Of a DNA stretch of 64,000 bases, positions 7,486 through 17,178 are shown one piece after another. The notes beneath the pieces are model-generated. The model did not search any database and had not been told where the DNA came from. It saw only the letters and a list, made by a program, of their open reading frames with translations. Origin of the DNA: a candidate division WOR-3 bacterium (GTDB taxonomy: Bacteria > Hydrothermota > Tepidihabitantia > SM23-42 > JAOAFX01). Both the position numbers and the translations under genes were made by a program. The stretch is taken from the NCBI GenBank assembly GCA_037444665.1, contig JBBILZ010000006.1:56-64055 (forward strand). The letters are read 5' to 3'. Every line of letters starts with the position of its first letter. Position 1 is the first letter of the stretch.

Positions 7486-8997
7486 TTATTTAAGATTACC
7501 CCAATTAGTTAAATATTTATTCAAAATCAGCATCTTATCTTGGTCTTGCGGTAATTCCTTGATAAGAGCAAAACCGATAGCTAAGACATAATGATATGTG
7601 ATCTGCCCAGTTTTTTCGGCAGACTTAAATGCAGGATGTGCCTTGTTGATAAAGACTTTTTCTATTCCTTCAGTCCAACTAATATCTTCTCGTGTTTCAT
7701 CGCTAAGAAAACTTATTGTTGGGCCAAATTTAATGGATCTCGGTCTTTTAGTTATTGGTTGATCAGTGCCGGGTTGTATCAGTGTGTCACCAAAATCTGG
7801 AACTACTGTGGTTCCTGAACCAGAGGCAGTGCCACCGGATTCTTCGCTAACTGGCATTTCTTGCGTCTGACCCTCTACCAATTTAGCAGTATCCTCGCTT
7901 TCTTTAGCTGTTAATAACACATCTTTGACTTGTCTTGCACTATACAATATATGAAGCTCCGGAATATCCGCTATGATTTTACTTACAAGTTTGGTTAAAC
8001 TATTAGTAAGATCTGCATCTTTCTCTTCCTCCACTTTAATTTCTCTTTGACCTATTTCTTCAAGCCATTTGATGAAGTTTTGCTGCGCAATTCTGCTGAA
8101 ACTGTAATATTTTTGTCCACAATAACCATCCTTGCGAAAAGCCGTCTTTGAAGTTACCAAGCAGTCAACGAGTTCGGGAACCTCAATAATACCGGAGATT
8201 TTTTCTGGGTTTTTTGGCTGTTGCTTAAACAATTCTTTTTGCTCGGTATTGATAATCTTCCCAAAGCATGATATTCCGATGCCCTGAAATTCTTCTGCGA
8301 TTGGCTCTTTACACAAAGAAAACTTGCATATTCCAAAAGGTTTCTTTTTTCTTCCCCTTGTTAGGAAAATCCGAGGTGATTCTTTTTCCGTATCAATCGT
8401 GGGCAATTTTATGACATCACCATTTAAAACAAAAGTAACACCAGCCGGGTAAACTTTGGCAAGTTTATAAAAATCCTCAAATAAAAATAGAGGCTGATAG
8501 TGCTTTAACATTATAGATTCAATCTTTTTATCGTCTAAAAGCAAAGATTCTCGGGACTTTAAATATATTCTTACTAATGTTCCTTGTGTATCAATCAAAG
8601 ATGGTTTAATATCTTCCCATTCCGGTTCTTTGCCAACAAATTCCCAATTAGATGTAAATTTGTATTTACCAGTGCAAGTCTCAGTGACAATTTTTTCAGC
8701 AATTCTTAGTGCCAATTTGGCACCCAACCCCGCAAAACCAATTCCTTTGCCTTTTTCTTTGAAGGTCATTGAAAAATTGTGGTAATTTTCAAATTCTTTT
8801 TCATTCATTCCCTTTCCGTTATCTTGTATTTCGAAAACCTTGGACTCTTTATTAGTATTTATTTTAATAACACTTGCCTTTGCATCTAAAGAATTAGCGA
8901 TTGTTTCTACCAAAACTGCTTCTTCAACTGAAAATGGGTACATACCTGCAAGGTCTTCTAAAAAGTGTTGATAATCAGTTGTGCTTTTATGCCTCAT
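7486..8997 (-). CDS. GHKL-superfamily ATPase (HATPase_c_3 / prokaryotic MORC-like)
   Basis: Bergerat-fold motifs are present: E..ANSLDA (N-box), DNGKGM (G1) and GIGFAGLGAK (G2). It lies 2 nt downstream of the Type IIG RM gene on the same strand. Confidence 0.65.
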   Translation of the reverse strand: MRHKSTTDYQHFLEDLAGMYPFSVEEAVLVETIANSLDAKASVIKINTNKESKVFEIQDNGKGMNEKEFENYHNFSMTFKEKGKGIGFAGLGAKLALRIAEKIVTETCTGKYKFTSNWEFVGKEPEWEDIKPSLIDTQGTLVRIYLKSRESLLLDDKKIESIMLKHYQPLFLFEDFYKLAKVYPAGVTFVLNGDVIKLPTIDTEKESPRIFLTRGRKKKPFGICKFSLCKEPIAEEFQGIGISCFGKIINTEQKELFKQQPKNPEKISGIIEVPELVDCLVTSKTAFRKDGYCGQKYYSFSRIAQQNFIKWLEEIGQREIKVEEEKDADLTNSLTKLVSKIIADIPELHILYSARQVKDVLLTAKESEDTAKLVEGQTQEMPVSEESGGTASGSGTTVVPDFGDTLIQPGTDQPITKRPRSIKFGPTISFLSDETREDISWTEGIEKVFINKAHPAFKSAEKTGQITYHYVLAIGFALIKELPQDQDKMLILNKYLTNWGNLK

Positions 8998-8998
8998 C

Positions 8999-11900
8999 TT
9001 ATTCCTCCGTTTTCATTACTTCCTGCCACAGAAGGTGTAGTACTTCACGCTGGGTTTTAGGACTCAAGATAGATAGAACCTCCTCTTCAATGACCTTGTC
9101 AATTTTTTCTCTTAATGCAGATAACTCAGGCAATATTTTTTTAAGATATTTTTCGTCATTGGGAATTTTTATAGTATCTAACCCCATTCCAATAAAATTT
9201 TTGAGATATTCGGCTTCAATTTCAGTTTCACATTCAATAAAAGCATTAGTCCCCCTAAGACGCCACTTAAATAGGTCTTTTTCAATTTTAATTTTTCCTT
9301 CAATTTCGGGTAAAGTTTTTTCATAGCAAGGTTTTGTTAAAATCTTTTCCCTATAGAATCTGCCCAAAGTATTATCGCCAAGTTGTGAGACAAGATTTTT
9401 TACTAACAATTCAATATCTATCCCTTCTTTGCTCTTTTTCTTCTTACCTTTGTCTTTTGCCTTTTTAATACGTGAATTAACTAAATCCACCACTGCCCGA
9501 TAAATCTCAAGTTGTTCTTCATCGGTAAGCCCGAGTATCTCACCCATAATAATTTTATCCAATTCCCTGCGGTCTGGTTTGATTTTGTCTAGTGTTACAT
9601 CTTTAGATTGAGTACTCCCCAGTTCATCAAAAACAGTCCCAAAATCTCTGCTTTTAAATGTTTCAAACATTGCGAGTAGAGTTTTTTTAGTGTTTTCCAA
9701 AATCTTGCGAGGATTTAATACGGGGAGTTTTTCAACTTCATAAACCATGAATCCAGTGGGAGCACCACCTCCTCCATAACTTCTGCCTAAAATATCTGGA
9801 TACAGAAATGCTATAGTTGAGTTAAAATATAACACAATTATCTTATTTATATCATCTACACTACTTTCGCATTCATACAATGTATGATCAACAAAACAAT
9901 TAAACAAATTCAGATGATATTTATAACTCTGTTGAAAGTACATTGTGAAAAGTACCTTGTAAGGATACCATTCTCCCAAATCATACCATCTGTTTCTACT
10001 CGCACAAGTTGGTCTTTTATGATAGCCTTTTCGTTCGCCCCACTGAATATATTTTAAGACATTTGTGCCTTTTAAATCTTTTTTATCTTTATGAATCATC
10101 AGGACTCGGTATTTTAAGTCTTCTGGTTTAACTATGATTGTTTTACATTCCCGGGGGCTTTTAATCACATAATTGGGAACCCAGTTGCCTTTATCGTCCT
10201 TATGCATCCAGAACTCTTTTTCAATTTTCTACTTTTTGATTTCTTCTTCGGTCAGATAGAAAAACTCATTGGCACCGGTTTTGATACCGAATCTCACTTC
10301 TGCAAGTTCCTTTAATGGCAAAAGTTTGTCTTTGCCCTTCTCTAAAATCTTAAAGAAAATCTGCGGCGCCCTTATATATTTGCCCCATTTTGAACCAACA
10401 TATTTCTGTTCTTCTGGGTCAAAGCCTTCGTCCCAGAGTTCTTTTTGTTTTTTGGGAATATTCTCAAATCTTCATTCTCATAAAGCTCATTATGGAAAAG
10501 TATGGTCTTTATTAATTCATCTATTTTGTTAAATCGTTCTTTCTCTTTTGCCCAATTATTAACCAGGGGGGGTATAAAATCCGATAGTTTCTTTTTTAAA
10601 TAAACAAACCTTACTAAATTTTCATCACGTTCCTGTGCATTTTTACATTTCTGAAGAATAACAATGCAGGTGTTAATATCTGCATCCTCAAACCAGCGCT
10701 CAACTTTGGATTCAATGATTGTAACTATCTTATAGTTTTTCAGAAAAAATTCTTGAAGACCCTTACCATAATCCACATCAAGCCAGGAATTGGATACGAT
10801 AAAACCAAAATACCCAGTATCTTTCAAAAATTTTGTGCCGTGGATAAAAAAGTAGGTATGAATACCCGCCCGTTTTGAAATATCGGCAAGTTTTTGATTA
10901 TTTAAAAAAAGCGCCTTTTTTATAAGACTGCCTTTCTCTACGCCAGTCTCTGGAATCTCTTCTTGTCGGGTATAAGGAGGATTACCAACAATGCAATCAA
11001 ACCATCGTGGATAAGTTACTTCTTTACCCATCTTACCGAGGGCTACCGTAACCACCTTACGCCATTTTTCGGGTAGTTCTAAACCCTCGGGTGAAGATAA
11101 TAGGTTAAAGAAGTCATCATGGACAATCATCGGATAATTCTTGTCCACAGATAAATCTCTAATAGCCAGATTTATTGTTGATAGGTGGGCTGGGAATTTA
11201 GCGATATCAACACCCCATAAATCCTTTAAGATTTCCTCATGTTGAAGCATTGAATTCATCAATTTCTTATGTTGATATGCCCTGACTAAAAAAGTTCCTG
11301 CGCCGCAAGCAGGGTCAAGAACTTTGTCCTTTTCATGATGCATACAGAACCTTAAAATAATGTCGACGATATTGGTGTTTGTAAAGTATTGACCCAGATT
11401 ATGACGTTCTTCAGCCGGAATTAACTGTTCAAAAATATAACCGATTATGTCATAAGTTAGATTGGAAAAATTGTAGCGCCTTAATATTTTCACCAAATTT
11501 TTTATTTCTGTTACGACTGCTGCATTATCAGGGAAAGCTAACTCATCAATAAAATCACTTGAATATACGGTCTCGTAGTCTATTTCTAGGACATCATTAA
11601 AATAGTTTTGCAAATGATTCTTAAGTAATCCACCTTTGGTTAAATCATCTGGAATATTTAATGGATCAAGTTTACGCTGTCTTTTAGCCTGAAGTGCATT
11701 ATAAAAGACAATTTTATTAACCAGAAGATAGGCGGTTTGCCGTGCAGCTTTAACAAAGTCTATATCTTGACCATTAAATTCCCATAATTGTTCATTGAAC
11801 CAATTTTTCAATTGCTGGCGAAATTCTTTATTCTTGTGATATTCATCTTCAATGATGACTTTGTAATATCGTGCAAGACGATTGACCTTTTCTTGCAAAC

Positions 11901-12480
11901 GCCAAACCAATAATTGATTTATTTCAATTAAAGGCTCAGATTTTTCCCCGGTGACAAACTGCGCAATATCTAAAATTAATTTCTCCAACCCTGCGTAGAT
12001 GCTGTTACGAAATTTTGGAAGTTCAATTTCATTCAGATCGGCAATCTGAGAAAGTTCATATCTGCCGACCAATTGCTCTTCAATAGGCTTCATCTCATTT
12101 ACTTTAATAGTGTTGAACAAAAAAAGGGACTGGAAATTAGATATCGCAAAATAACGGGCTTTTCTTCGGGCGGCTTTTTTGCGTGCAGGTTCTTTTAAAT
12201 TCTCCTCGTCGTCAGGTTCGTAAAAAGGTGCCTTGAATTCCAAAAGGCAAATAATTTCTTCATCTACCCTGCCTTTATATAATACAACATCGGGACGGGC
12301 GCGGTCACCAGGATGTTTTGTTTCAACTTCAGCAATACCAAGGGGAATATTCTTCTCTTTTATAATTTCATTAATCCATTCCATTATTTTGGCGGTTGCA
12401 GTCCATTCGGTTTTAATGACAAAATCTTCTATGGGACTCGGTGTTCGCTGGGTGCTTTTCAGAAGTTTACTTTTTTTCAT
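8999..12480 (-). pseudogene. MmeI-like Type IIG restriction-modification enzyme (PD-ExK nuclease + gamma-class N6-adenine MTase + TRD), disrupted
   Basis: The N-terminus has RPDVVLY...LLEFKAP (PD-ExK). MTase motif I is DPACGAGTFL and motif IV is GNPPY. After a -1 shift in the A/T homopolymer around 10440-10456, the reading continues as ...ELWDEGFDPEEQKYVGSKWGKYIRAPQ...VRFGIKTGANEFFYLTEEEIKK. An in-frame TAG follows at 10229-10231. The 402-aa downstream ORF (8999-10207) is in the same frame and has a TRD-like sequence. Confidence 0.6.
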
Positions 12481-12820
12481 CTTCCTTTTCTTTTAAGACC
12501 TCTTGAACTATACGGCGGGCGATTTCAAAGGTGGCGGCAATCCTGATAATTTTTACATCACCTAACCCTTTTATTTCAAGAAATTTTTTGAGCGGCTGAC
12601 CGAACATACCACGAAAAGAACCAAATTTTTCTAAAATCTCCTTCGCAATCGTTTCAGCAGATTTACCTTTTATTCCAGAACCAATGATGATTGATAATAA
12701 TTCGGCTTCGGTTAAATGCCCTGCTCCTAAGTCGCGCAATTTACCCCCTGGATGTGTCCAATAGGGGAATTTTGAATCGCGCAAAAGATTAGCTACTATT
12801 TTAGATTTTTTAGATGGCAA
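12467..12820 (-). CDS. radC: RadC-like protein, N-terminal HhH domain only (truncated; the JAB/MPN domain is missing)
   Basis: LTEAELLSIIIGSGIKGKSAETIAKEILEKFGSFRGMF...IKGLGDVKIIRIAATFEIARR matches the RadC N-terminal helix-hairpin-helix region. The ORF ends where the JAB domain should begin, and it overlaps the RM gene start. Confidence 0.6.
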   Translation of the reverse strand: MPSKKSKIVANLLRDSKFPYWTHPGGKLRDLGAGHLTEAELLSIIIGSGIKGKSAETIAKEILEKFGSFRGMFGQPLKKFLEIKGLGDVKIIRIAATFEIARRIVQEVLKEKEDEKK

Positions 12821-12929
12821 AGTATACCTCCACAGTTCTCCATTGATTGCCTCTATTATGCACCAAAAACATCAAAAAGTCAAGGATTTTTTGTGGTATA
12901 TGGGGGTGGGCTTTTGATGGTGTAAAGTA

Positions 12930-13230
12930 GGCGACATTTTTGGTGAGATGCTGAGTGGTTGCGTGAATAGGATAAGTGGAGTAAGTAGTAGGCAGTAGGT
13001 AGTATGTAGTAGGTAGCTCCGCCTTGAAAAGGCGAGAGTTCGCGTCCGAAGGACGGAATAAGTAGTAAGTAGTAAATATCCAGTATCGATTATCAGTTAT
13101 CGAGTATCAAGAAAGCATCAACGCCCAATATAATTAAAATACCTAAAAGTCCAAAATGCCTAAATGCCTAAAAGTTAAAATGCCTAAAAGCCCTAAACCT
13201 GTCCTGAACTCGGTTCAGGATACCTAAAAA
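12930..13230. repeat. GTAG-rich microsatellite-like tract with several short hairpins and ATGCCTAAA(A)G tandem repeats
   Basis: agtaaGTAGtagGcaGTAGGTAGtatGTAGtagGTAG. Hairpins: ccgccttgaaaaggcg, cgtccgaaggacg and cctgaactcggttcagg. atgcctaaa occurs 3 times. Non-coding. Confidence 0.5.
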
Positions 13231-13238
13231 TTTAATCT

Positions 13239-13342
13239 ATGCCCGATGAATCGGGCAACTACAATTGGGAAAATAATCTTACCTACTGATGTTTTATCTT
13301 AGCAGAGTAAACTCTGCCACTACATTGTCGCATTACTACAAT
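13239..13342. repeat. REP-like element cluster (inverted orientation relative to 2909-3028), right flank of the island
   Basis: The RC of 13239-13269 is cccaattgtagttgcccgattcatcgggcat (1 mismatch to 2909-2939). The RC of 13302-13326 is aatgtagtggcagagtttactctgc (matches 3003-3028). The RC of 13331-13341 is ttgtagtaatg. Confidence 0.6.
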
Positions 13343-13393
13343 AATTCAATTAGTTAATTGACTATCGTTACGCAGTCCATTTAGGGATGGTTA

Positions 13394-13426
13394 TTGACTT
13401 TGTGAATTTATTGCATAGAATTCTCT
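13394..13426 (+). promoter_or_regulatory. Promoter TTGACT-16-TAGAAT, 5 nt from the recR ATG (leaderless configuration)
   Basis: TTGACTttgtgaatttattgcaTAGAATtctctATG. Confidence 0.5.
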
Positions 13427-14014
13427 ATGCCCCTTTTAAATGACCTGATTGAAAAACTTCAGTGGTTACCAGGTATTGGTAGAAAAACAGCACAACGACT
13501 CGCCTTTTTTCTTCAGAAAATGGAAGTATCCCAGGTAAAAGAACTCACTGATGCCATCTTAAAGGCAAGATTGGAATTAAAAGAATGCTCAATCTGCCAC
13601 AACCTTGGCGAAACAAATCCCTGTGAAATCTGTGGTTCATCCAACCGAAATAAGGAACAGATATGTGTAGTGGAACAACCCGCAGATGTGATGGTGATAG
13701 AAAAGATTGGTGAGTACAAGGGTCTATACCATATCTTGCACGGCGCCATATCACCGATTGACAATGTCGGTCCTGAAGATTTACGCATCAATAGTTTAAT
13801 AGAAAGGGTAAAAACACAAAATATTAGTGAGGTCATTATCGCTACGAACCCGACAACCGAAGGTGATGTTACTGCATTGTATATTGCTAAATTACTAAAG
13901 CCACTAAATATTAAGGTGACGAGGATTGCCCGTGGACTGCCTATGGGCAGTGACCTCGGACTGGCTGATGGTGTAACGATTTTAAGGTCATTTGAAGGAA
14001 GGCGGGAATTATAA
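13427..14014 (+). CDS. recR: Recombination protein RecR
   Basis: HhH N-terminus, C4 zinc finger (CSICHNLGETNPCEIC) and a Toprim domain. Strong family match. Confidence 0.9.
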   Translation: MPLLNDLIEKLQWLPGIGRKTAQRLAFFLQKMEVSQVKELTDAILKARLELKECSICHNLGETNPCEICGSSNRNKEQICVVEQPADVMVIEKIGEYKGLYHILHGAISPIDNVGPEDLRINSLIERVKTQNISEVIIATNPTTEGDVTALYIAKLLKPLNIKVTRIARGLPMGSDLGLADGVTILRSFEGRREL

Positions 14015-14081
14015 TGATAAACAGATTGTTATTGACTTCAGTCTAAATTTAAGTATAATTAAAGGTTAAAGGAGTAAAATA

Positions 14082-14396
14082 ATGGAATTTCTATATGGAC
14101 AGACATCGGGTCAATCCCAGAGCAATCCGCTTTTCAGTCTTTTGCCATTAATTCTTATTTTTGTTGTTTTTTATTTTCTGCTCATCCTTCCCCAACAAAA
14201 GAAACAGAAACAACACCAGCAATTGCTCAATTCCCTGAAAAAAGGTGACCGTGTCATCACCTCTTCAGGCATATACGGCACAATTGCCAATTTAAAGGAG
14301 AACATTGTTAGTCTGGTAATTGCTGATGGTGTAAAGGTTGACATTGAAAGAAGCCATATTCTTTCAAAGGTTGGCTCTGTAGAGGAAGGCAAGTAA
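14082..14396 (+). CDS. yajC: Preprotein translocase subunit YajC
   Basis: Single TM segment, then LPQQKK...LKKGDRVITSSGIYGTI...GVKV, which is the YajC consensus. Promoter TTGACT-16-TATAAT at 14032-14059 and RBS AAAGGAG. Confidence 0.85.
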   Translation: MEFLYGQTSGQSQSNPLFSLLPLILIFVVFYFLLILPQQKKQKQHQQLLNSLKKGDRVITSSGIYGTIANLKENIVSLVIADGVKVDIERSHILSKVGSVEEGK

Positions 14397-14500
14397 GTAT
14401 TGAATTGATTGTAATTAATGCAATTTTAATAATGGAATTAGAAAAGTATACCTGTGATTAATATGGGATAAATTAATAAAAATTCTTAGGGAAAAATTTT

Positions 14501-14995
14501 ATGACGATAATTAAGTATCCTGAAAAGGTGCTGAGGCAAAAAGCAAAGCCTGTTGATAAAATCACCAGAGAGGTATTTGACCTTGCTGAGGCAATGACAA
14601 CGACGATGCTGGAAAATGAAGGTGTAGGGCTGGCAGCAAATCAGGTTGGCAGTCTAATCAATCTATTTATTATAAACTTAAAGCCCTTTGATGATAAACC
14701 TGAACCGATTGTGGCTATTAATCCAAGAATAATTAAACAAAATGAACCCGAAGAGGATGAAGAGGGTTGCCTCAGTTTTCCAGGATTATTTCTTCACATC
14801 CCACGGTATAAATATATTGTGCTCCATTACCAGAATCTCTATAACGAAAAGATAATCATAGAGGCTGAAGGCATTGTTGCCCGTGCAATCCAGCACGAAT
14901 ATGACCACTTAAATGGTGTTCTTTTTATTGATTATGTTGCAGAAAAAGAAAAGGAAAGATTGAATGAGTATCTTTCAAATCTGAACATAGTATGA
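14501..14995 (+). CDS. def: Peptide deformylase
   Basis: Motifs GVGLAANQVG, EGCLSFPG and QHEYDHLNG. Confidence 0.9.
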   Translation: MTIIKYPEKVLRQKAKPVDKITREVFDLAEAMTTTMLENEGVGLAANQVGSLINLFIINLKPFDDKPEPIVAINPRIIKQNEPEEDEEGCLSFPGLFLHIPRYKYIVLHYQNLYNEKIIIEAEGIVARAIQHEYDHLNGVLFIDYVAEKEKERLNEYLSNLNIV

Positions 14996-15912
14996 AGATT
15001 GTATTCTTTGGCTCTACTGATTTTTCTCTACCCATCGTTAAAAAAATCTCAGAACAATATGAACTATTTGGTGTTGTAATTTCAAAACCAAAACCCAAGG
15101 GCAGGGGCTTAAAAATTGAATTGTCTGAAATCGGAAAATGGGCGATGGAAAAAAATATAAAAATATTTGACCCTGAAAATCCTAATGACCCTTCATTTAT
15201 AAAAACATTATCTGAACTCCAGCCTGACCTGTTTGTGCTCTCTGCGTATGGTTATATCCTGAGCAGTGAACTGCTCAGAGTGCCAAAATTTGGTGGCATA
15301 AATATCCACCCCTCACTTTTACCCAAATATCGTGGTGCAGCACCTATTCAAAGGGCAATAATGGCGGGTGAAAAGATTACTGGTGTAACCATCTTTTTTA
15401 TGGACGAAAAGATTGACCATGGCAGACTTCTGATGAAAAAGGAACTCACAATTGATGAAAATGAAACCTATGGTTCATTATCAAATCGCTTATCCCTACT
15501 CGGCGCAGAAATTATTAATGAAGCAATTAAAAAGATTGAAACTGCTGATTACACCTTGATTGAGCAGGATGAATCTGAAAGGACCTATGCCGGAAAAATT
15601 AAAAAAGAGGAAATGTTTATTAACTGGTCAGATTCCAGTGAAAAGATACATAATTTAGTCCGCGCCCTGAATCCCAGCCCTGGTGCACGAACTATATTTC
15701 GGAATAAAGAATTGATTATTCTTGAAACCGAAATTGGCGACAAAAAAATTGAACCAGGTGTATGCAGTATTGTAGATAAAAATCTTTATGTGGGCACTGG
15801 TGATGGTTCAATAATTATCAAACTTTTAAAACCAGAAAATCGCCGTGCAATTACAGCACGGGATTTTATTAATGGATTTCGTATAAAGACCGGTGAAAGG
15901 ATTGACCAATGA
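14992..15912 (+). CDS. fmt: Methionyl-tRNA formyltransferase
   Basis: The formyltransferase N-domain contains SLLPKYRGAAPIQ. The gene overlaps def by 4 nt. Confidence 0.9.
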   Translation: MKIVFFGSTDFSLPIVKKISEQYELFGVVISKPKPKGRGLKIELSEIGKWAMEKNIKIFDPENPNDPSFIKTLSELQPDLFVLSAYGYILSSELLRVPKFGGINIHPSLLPKYRGAAPIQRAIMAGEKITGVTIFFMDEKIDHGRLLMKKELTIDENETYGSLSNRLSLLGAEIINEAIKKIETADYTLIEQDESERTYAGKIKKEEMFINWSDSSEKIHNLVRALNPSPGARTIFRNKELIILETEIGDKKIEPGVCSIVDKNLYVGTGDGSIIIKLLKPENRRAITARDFINGFRIKTGERIDQ

Positions 15913-17165
15913 ATGCACGAGAAGCTTGTTTAAGTGCACTTTGTGAAGTAGATGATGGCACCAATCTCAAGGTTGCCTTAGGAAAGATCTTTGAAAAAGA
16001 TGAATTGTCTGAGGATGACCGCGCCCTGGCAAACGAAATTGCATTTGGCACACTACGCCATCGTGAAGAGATTGACCAGATTATTAAAGAGACATTTACT
16101 GGCGACTTCAATGCCTCTGACCCGATACTGAAAAACATTCTCCGTATTGCAGTTTATCAATATCTATTCCTTGACCGCATTCCAGTCTATGCCGTGGTAA
16201 ATGAAGCGGTCAATTTAGGAAGGACTGTAAAAGAAAAGGCTTTAATCAATGCGGTATTGCGGGGCGTTATTCGGAATAAAAAGGTCCAATCAATGCGTGA
16301 ACCACAGGTATGGGTACTGCGCAAAATAAATGAAGCCTATCCAGTAGAAGGTGAAAAAATCATTGAAGCGTTTAAGAATCGACCAATTCCATATATCAGG
16401 ATAAATATTTTGAAGACAAATCCAGATATGGTTGAGCAAAAATTAAAAGAGATGGGGATTGAGTCAAAACCCGGGAACTGGCTCATTGAATATCGCAGCA
16501 TCAGCCGATTAGGAGCGATCGTTAATAATTCCTTATTAAAACAGGGATGGATTTCAATCCACGATGAGGCACAGGGTATGATCTGCCGCCTTTTAGACCC
16601 CAAACCAAAAGAGCGGATTGTAGATGTATGTTCTGCACCAGGCAGTAAGACGACCTATATGGCAGAATTGATGCAGAATCAAGGAGTCATCATTGCCTGT
16701 GAGGTGAGTTCGGCACGGCTCAAACTCGTTGTAGAAAATGTTGAAAGATTGGGACTATCCATTGTAAACTATGTGCTTGCTGATGGACAGCGTTATCTGG
16801 TCAATGATTTTGACAAAGTGCTGGTTGATGCACCCTGCACAAATTCCGGAGTAATTGCCAAAAGGCCCGAGGTCAAAGAAAGGGTAAATAAAAAAGTGCT
16901 CGCCCGATTATCCAATCTTCAATATAATCTATTATCCAATGCTTCAAAATTTTTAAGGGTTGGGGGCTCAATTGTCTATTCAACCTGTAGTATTTTGCCC
17001 CGCGAAAATGAAGAGGTTGTAGAAAAATTTCTTAAAAATAATGAAAATTTTGTTGTAGAACCAGCAAAAAATTTTGTTGCCAGTGCTGAGCAGTATTTAA
17101 AAATCTTGCCGGGTTTTTATAACACTGATGGTATCTTTGCCGCACGATTAAAAAGAATAAAATAA
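15909..17165 (+). CDS. rsmB: 16S rRNA (cytosine967-C5)-methyltransferase RsmB/Sun
   Basis: NusB-like N-terminus plus a SAM MTase (DVCSAPGSKT, DAPCTNSG, STCS). Confidence 0.85.
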   Translation: MNAREACLSALCEVDDGTNLKVALGKIFEKDELSEDDRALANEIAFGTLRHREEIDQIIKETFTGDFNASDPILKNILRIAVYQYLFLDRIPVYAVVNEAVNLGRTVKEKALINAVLRGVIRNKKVQSMREPQVWVLRKINEAYPVEGEKIIEAFKNRPIPYIRINILKTNPDMVEQKLKEMGIESKPGNWLIEYRSISRLGAIVNNSLLKQGWISIHDEAQGMICRLLDPKPKERIVDVCSAPGSKTTYMAELMQNQGVIIACEVSSARLKLVVENVERLGLSIVNYVLADGQRYLVNDFDKVLVDAPCTNSGVIAKRPEVKERVNKKVLARLSNLQYNLLSNASKFLRVGGSIVYSTCSILPRENEEVVEKFLKNNENFVVEPAKNFVASAEQYLKILPGFYNTDGIFAARLKRIK

Positions 17166-17178
17166 TTAAAATTTAATA

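Noticed and set aside
10229-10231. In-frame TAG in the RM gene as evidence of stop-codon reassignment
   Set aside because: TAG terminates other confident genes in the window (for example pilO at 39985-39987 and the AAA+ gene at 19522-19524, immediately followed by the next ATG), so standard code 11 applies.
12930-13230. Possible CRISPR array in the repeat-rich intergenic region
   Set aside because: The repeats are short (6-10 nt), degenerate and contiguous, with no regular repeat-spacer periodicity of 25-50 nt and no cas genes nearby.
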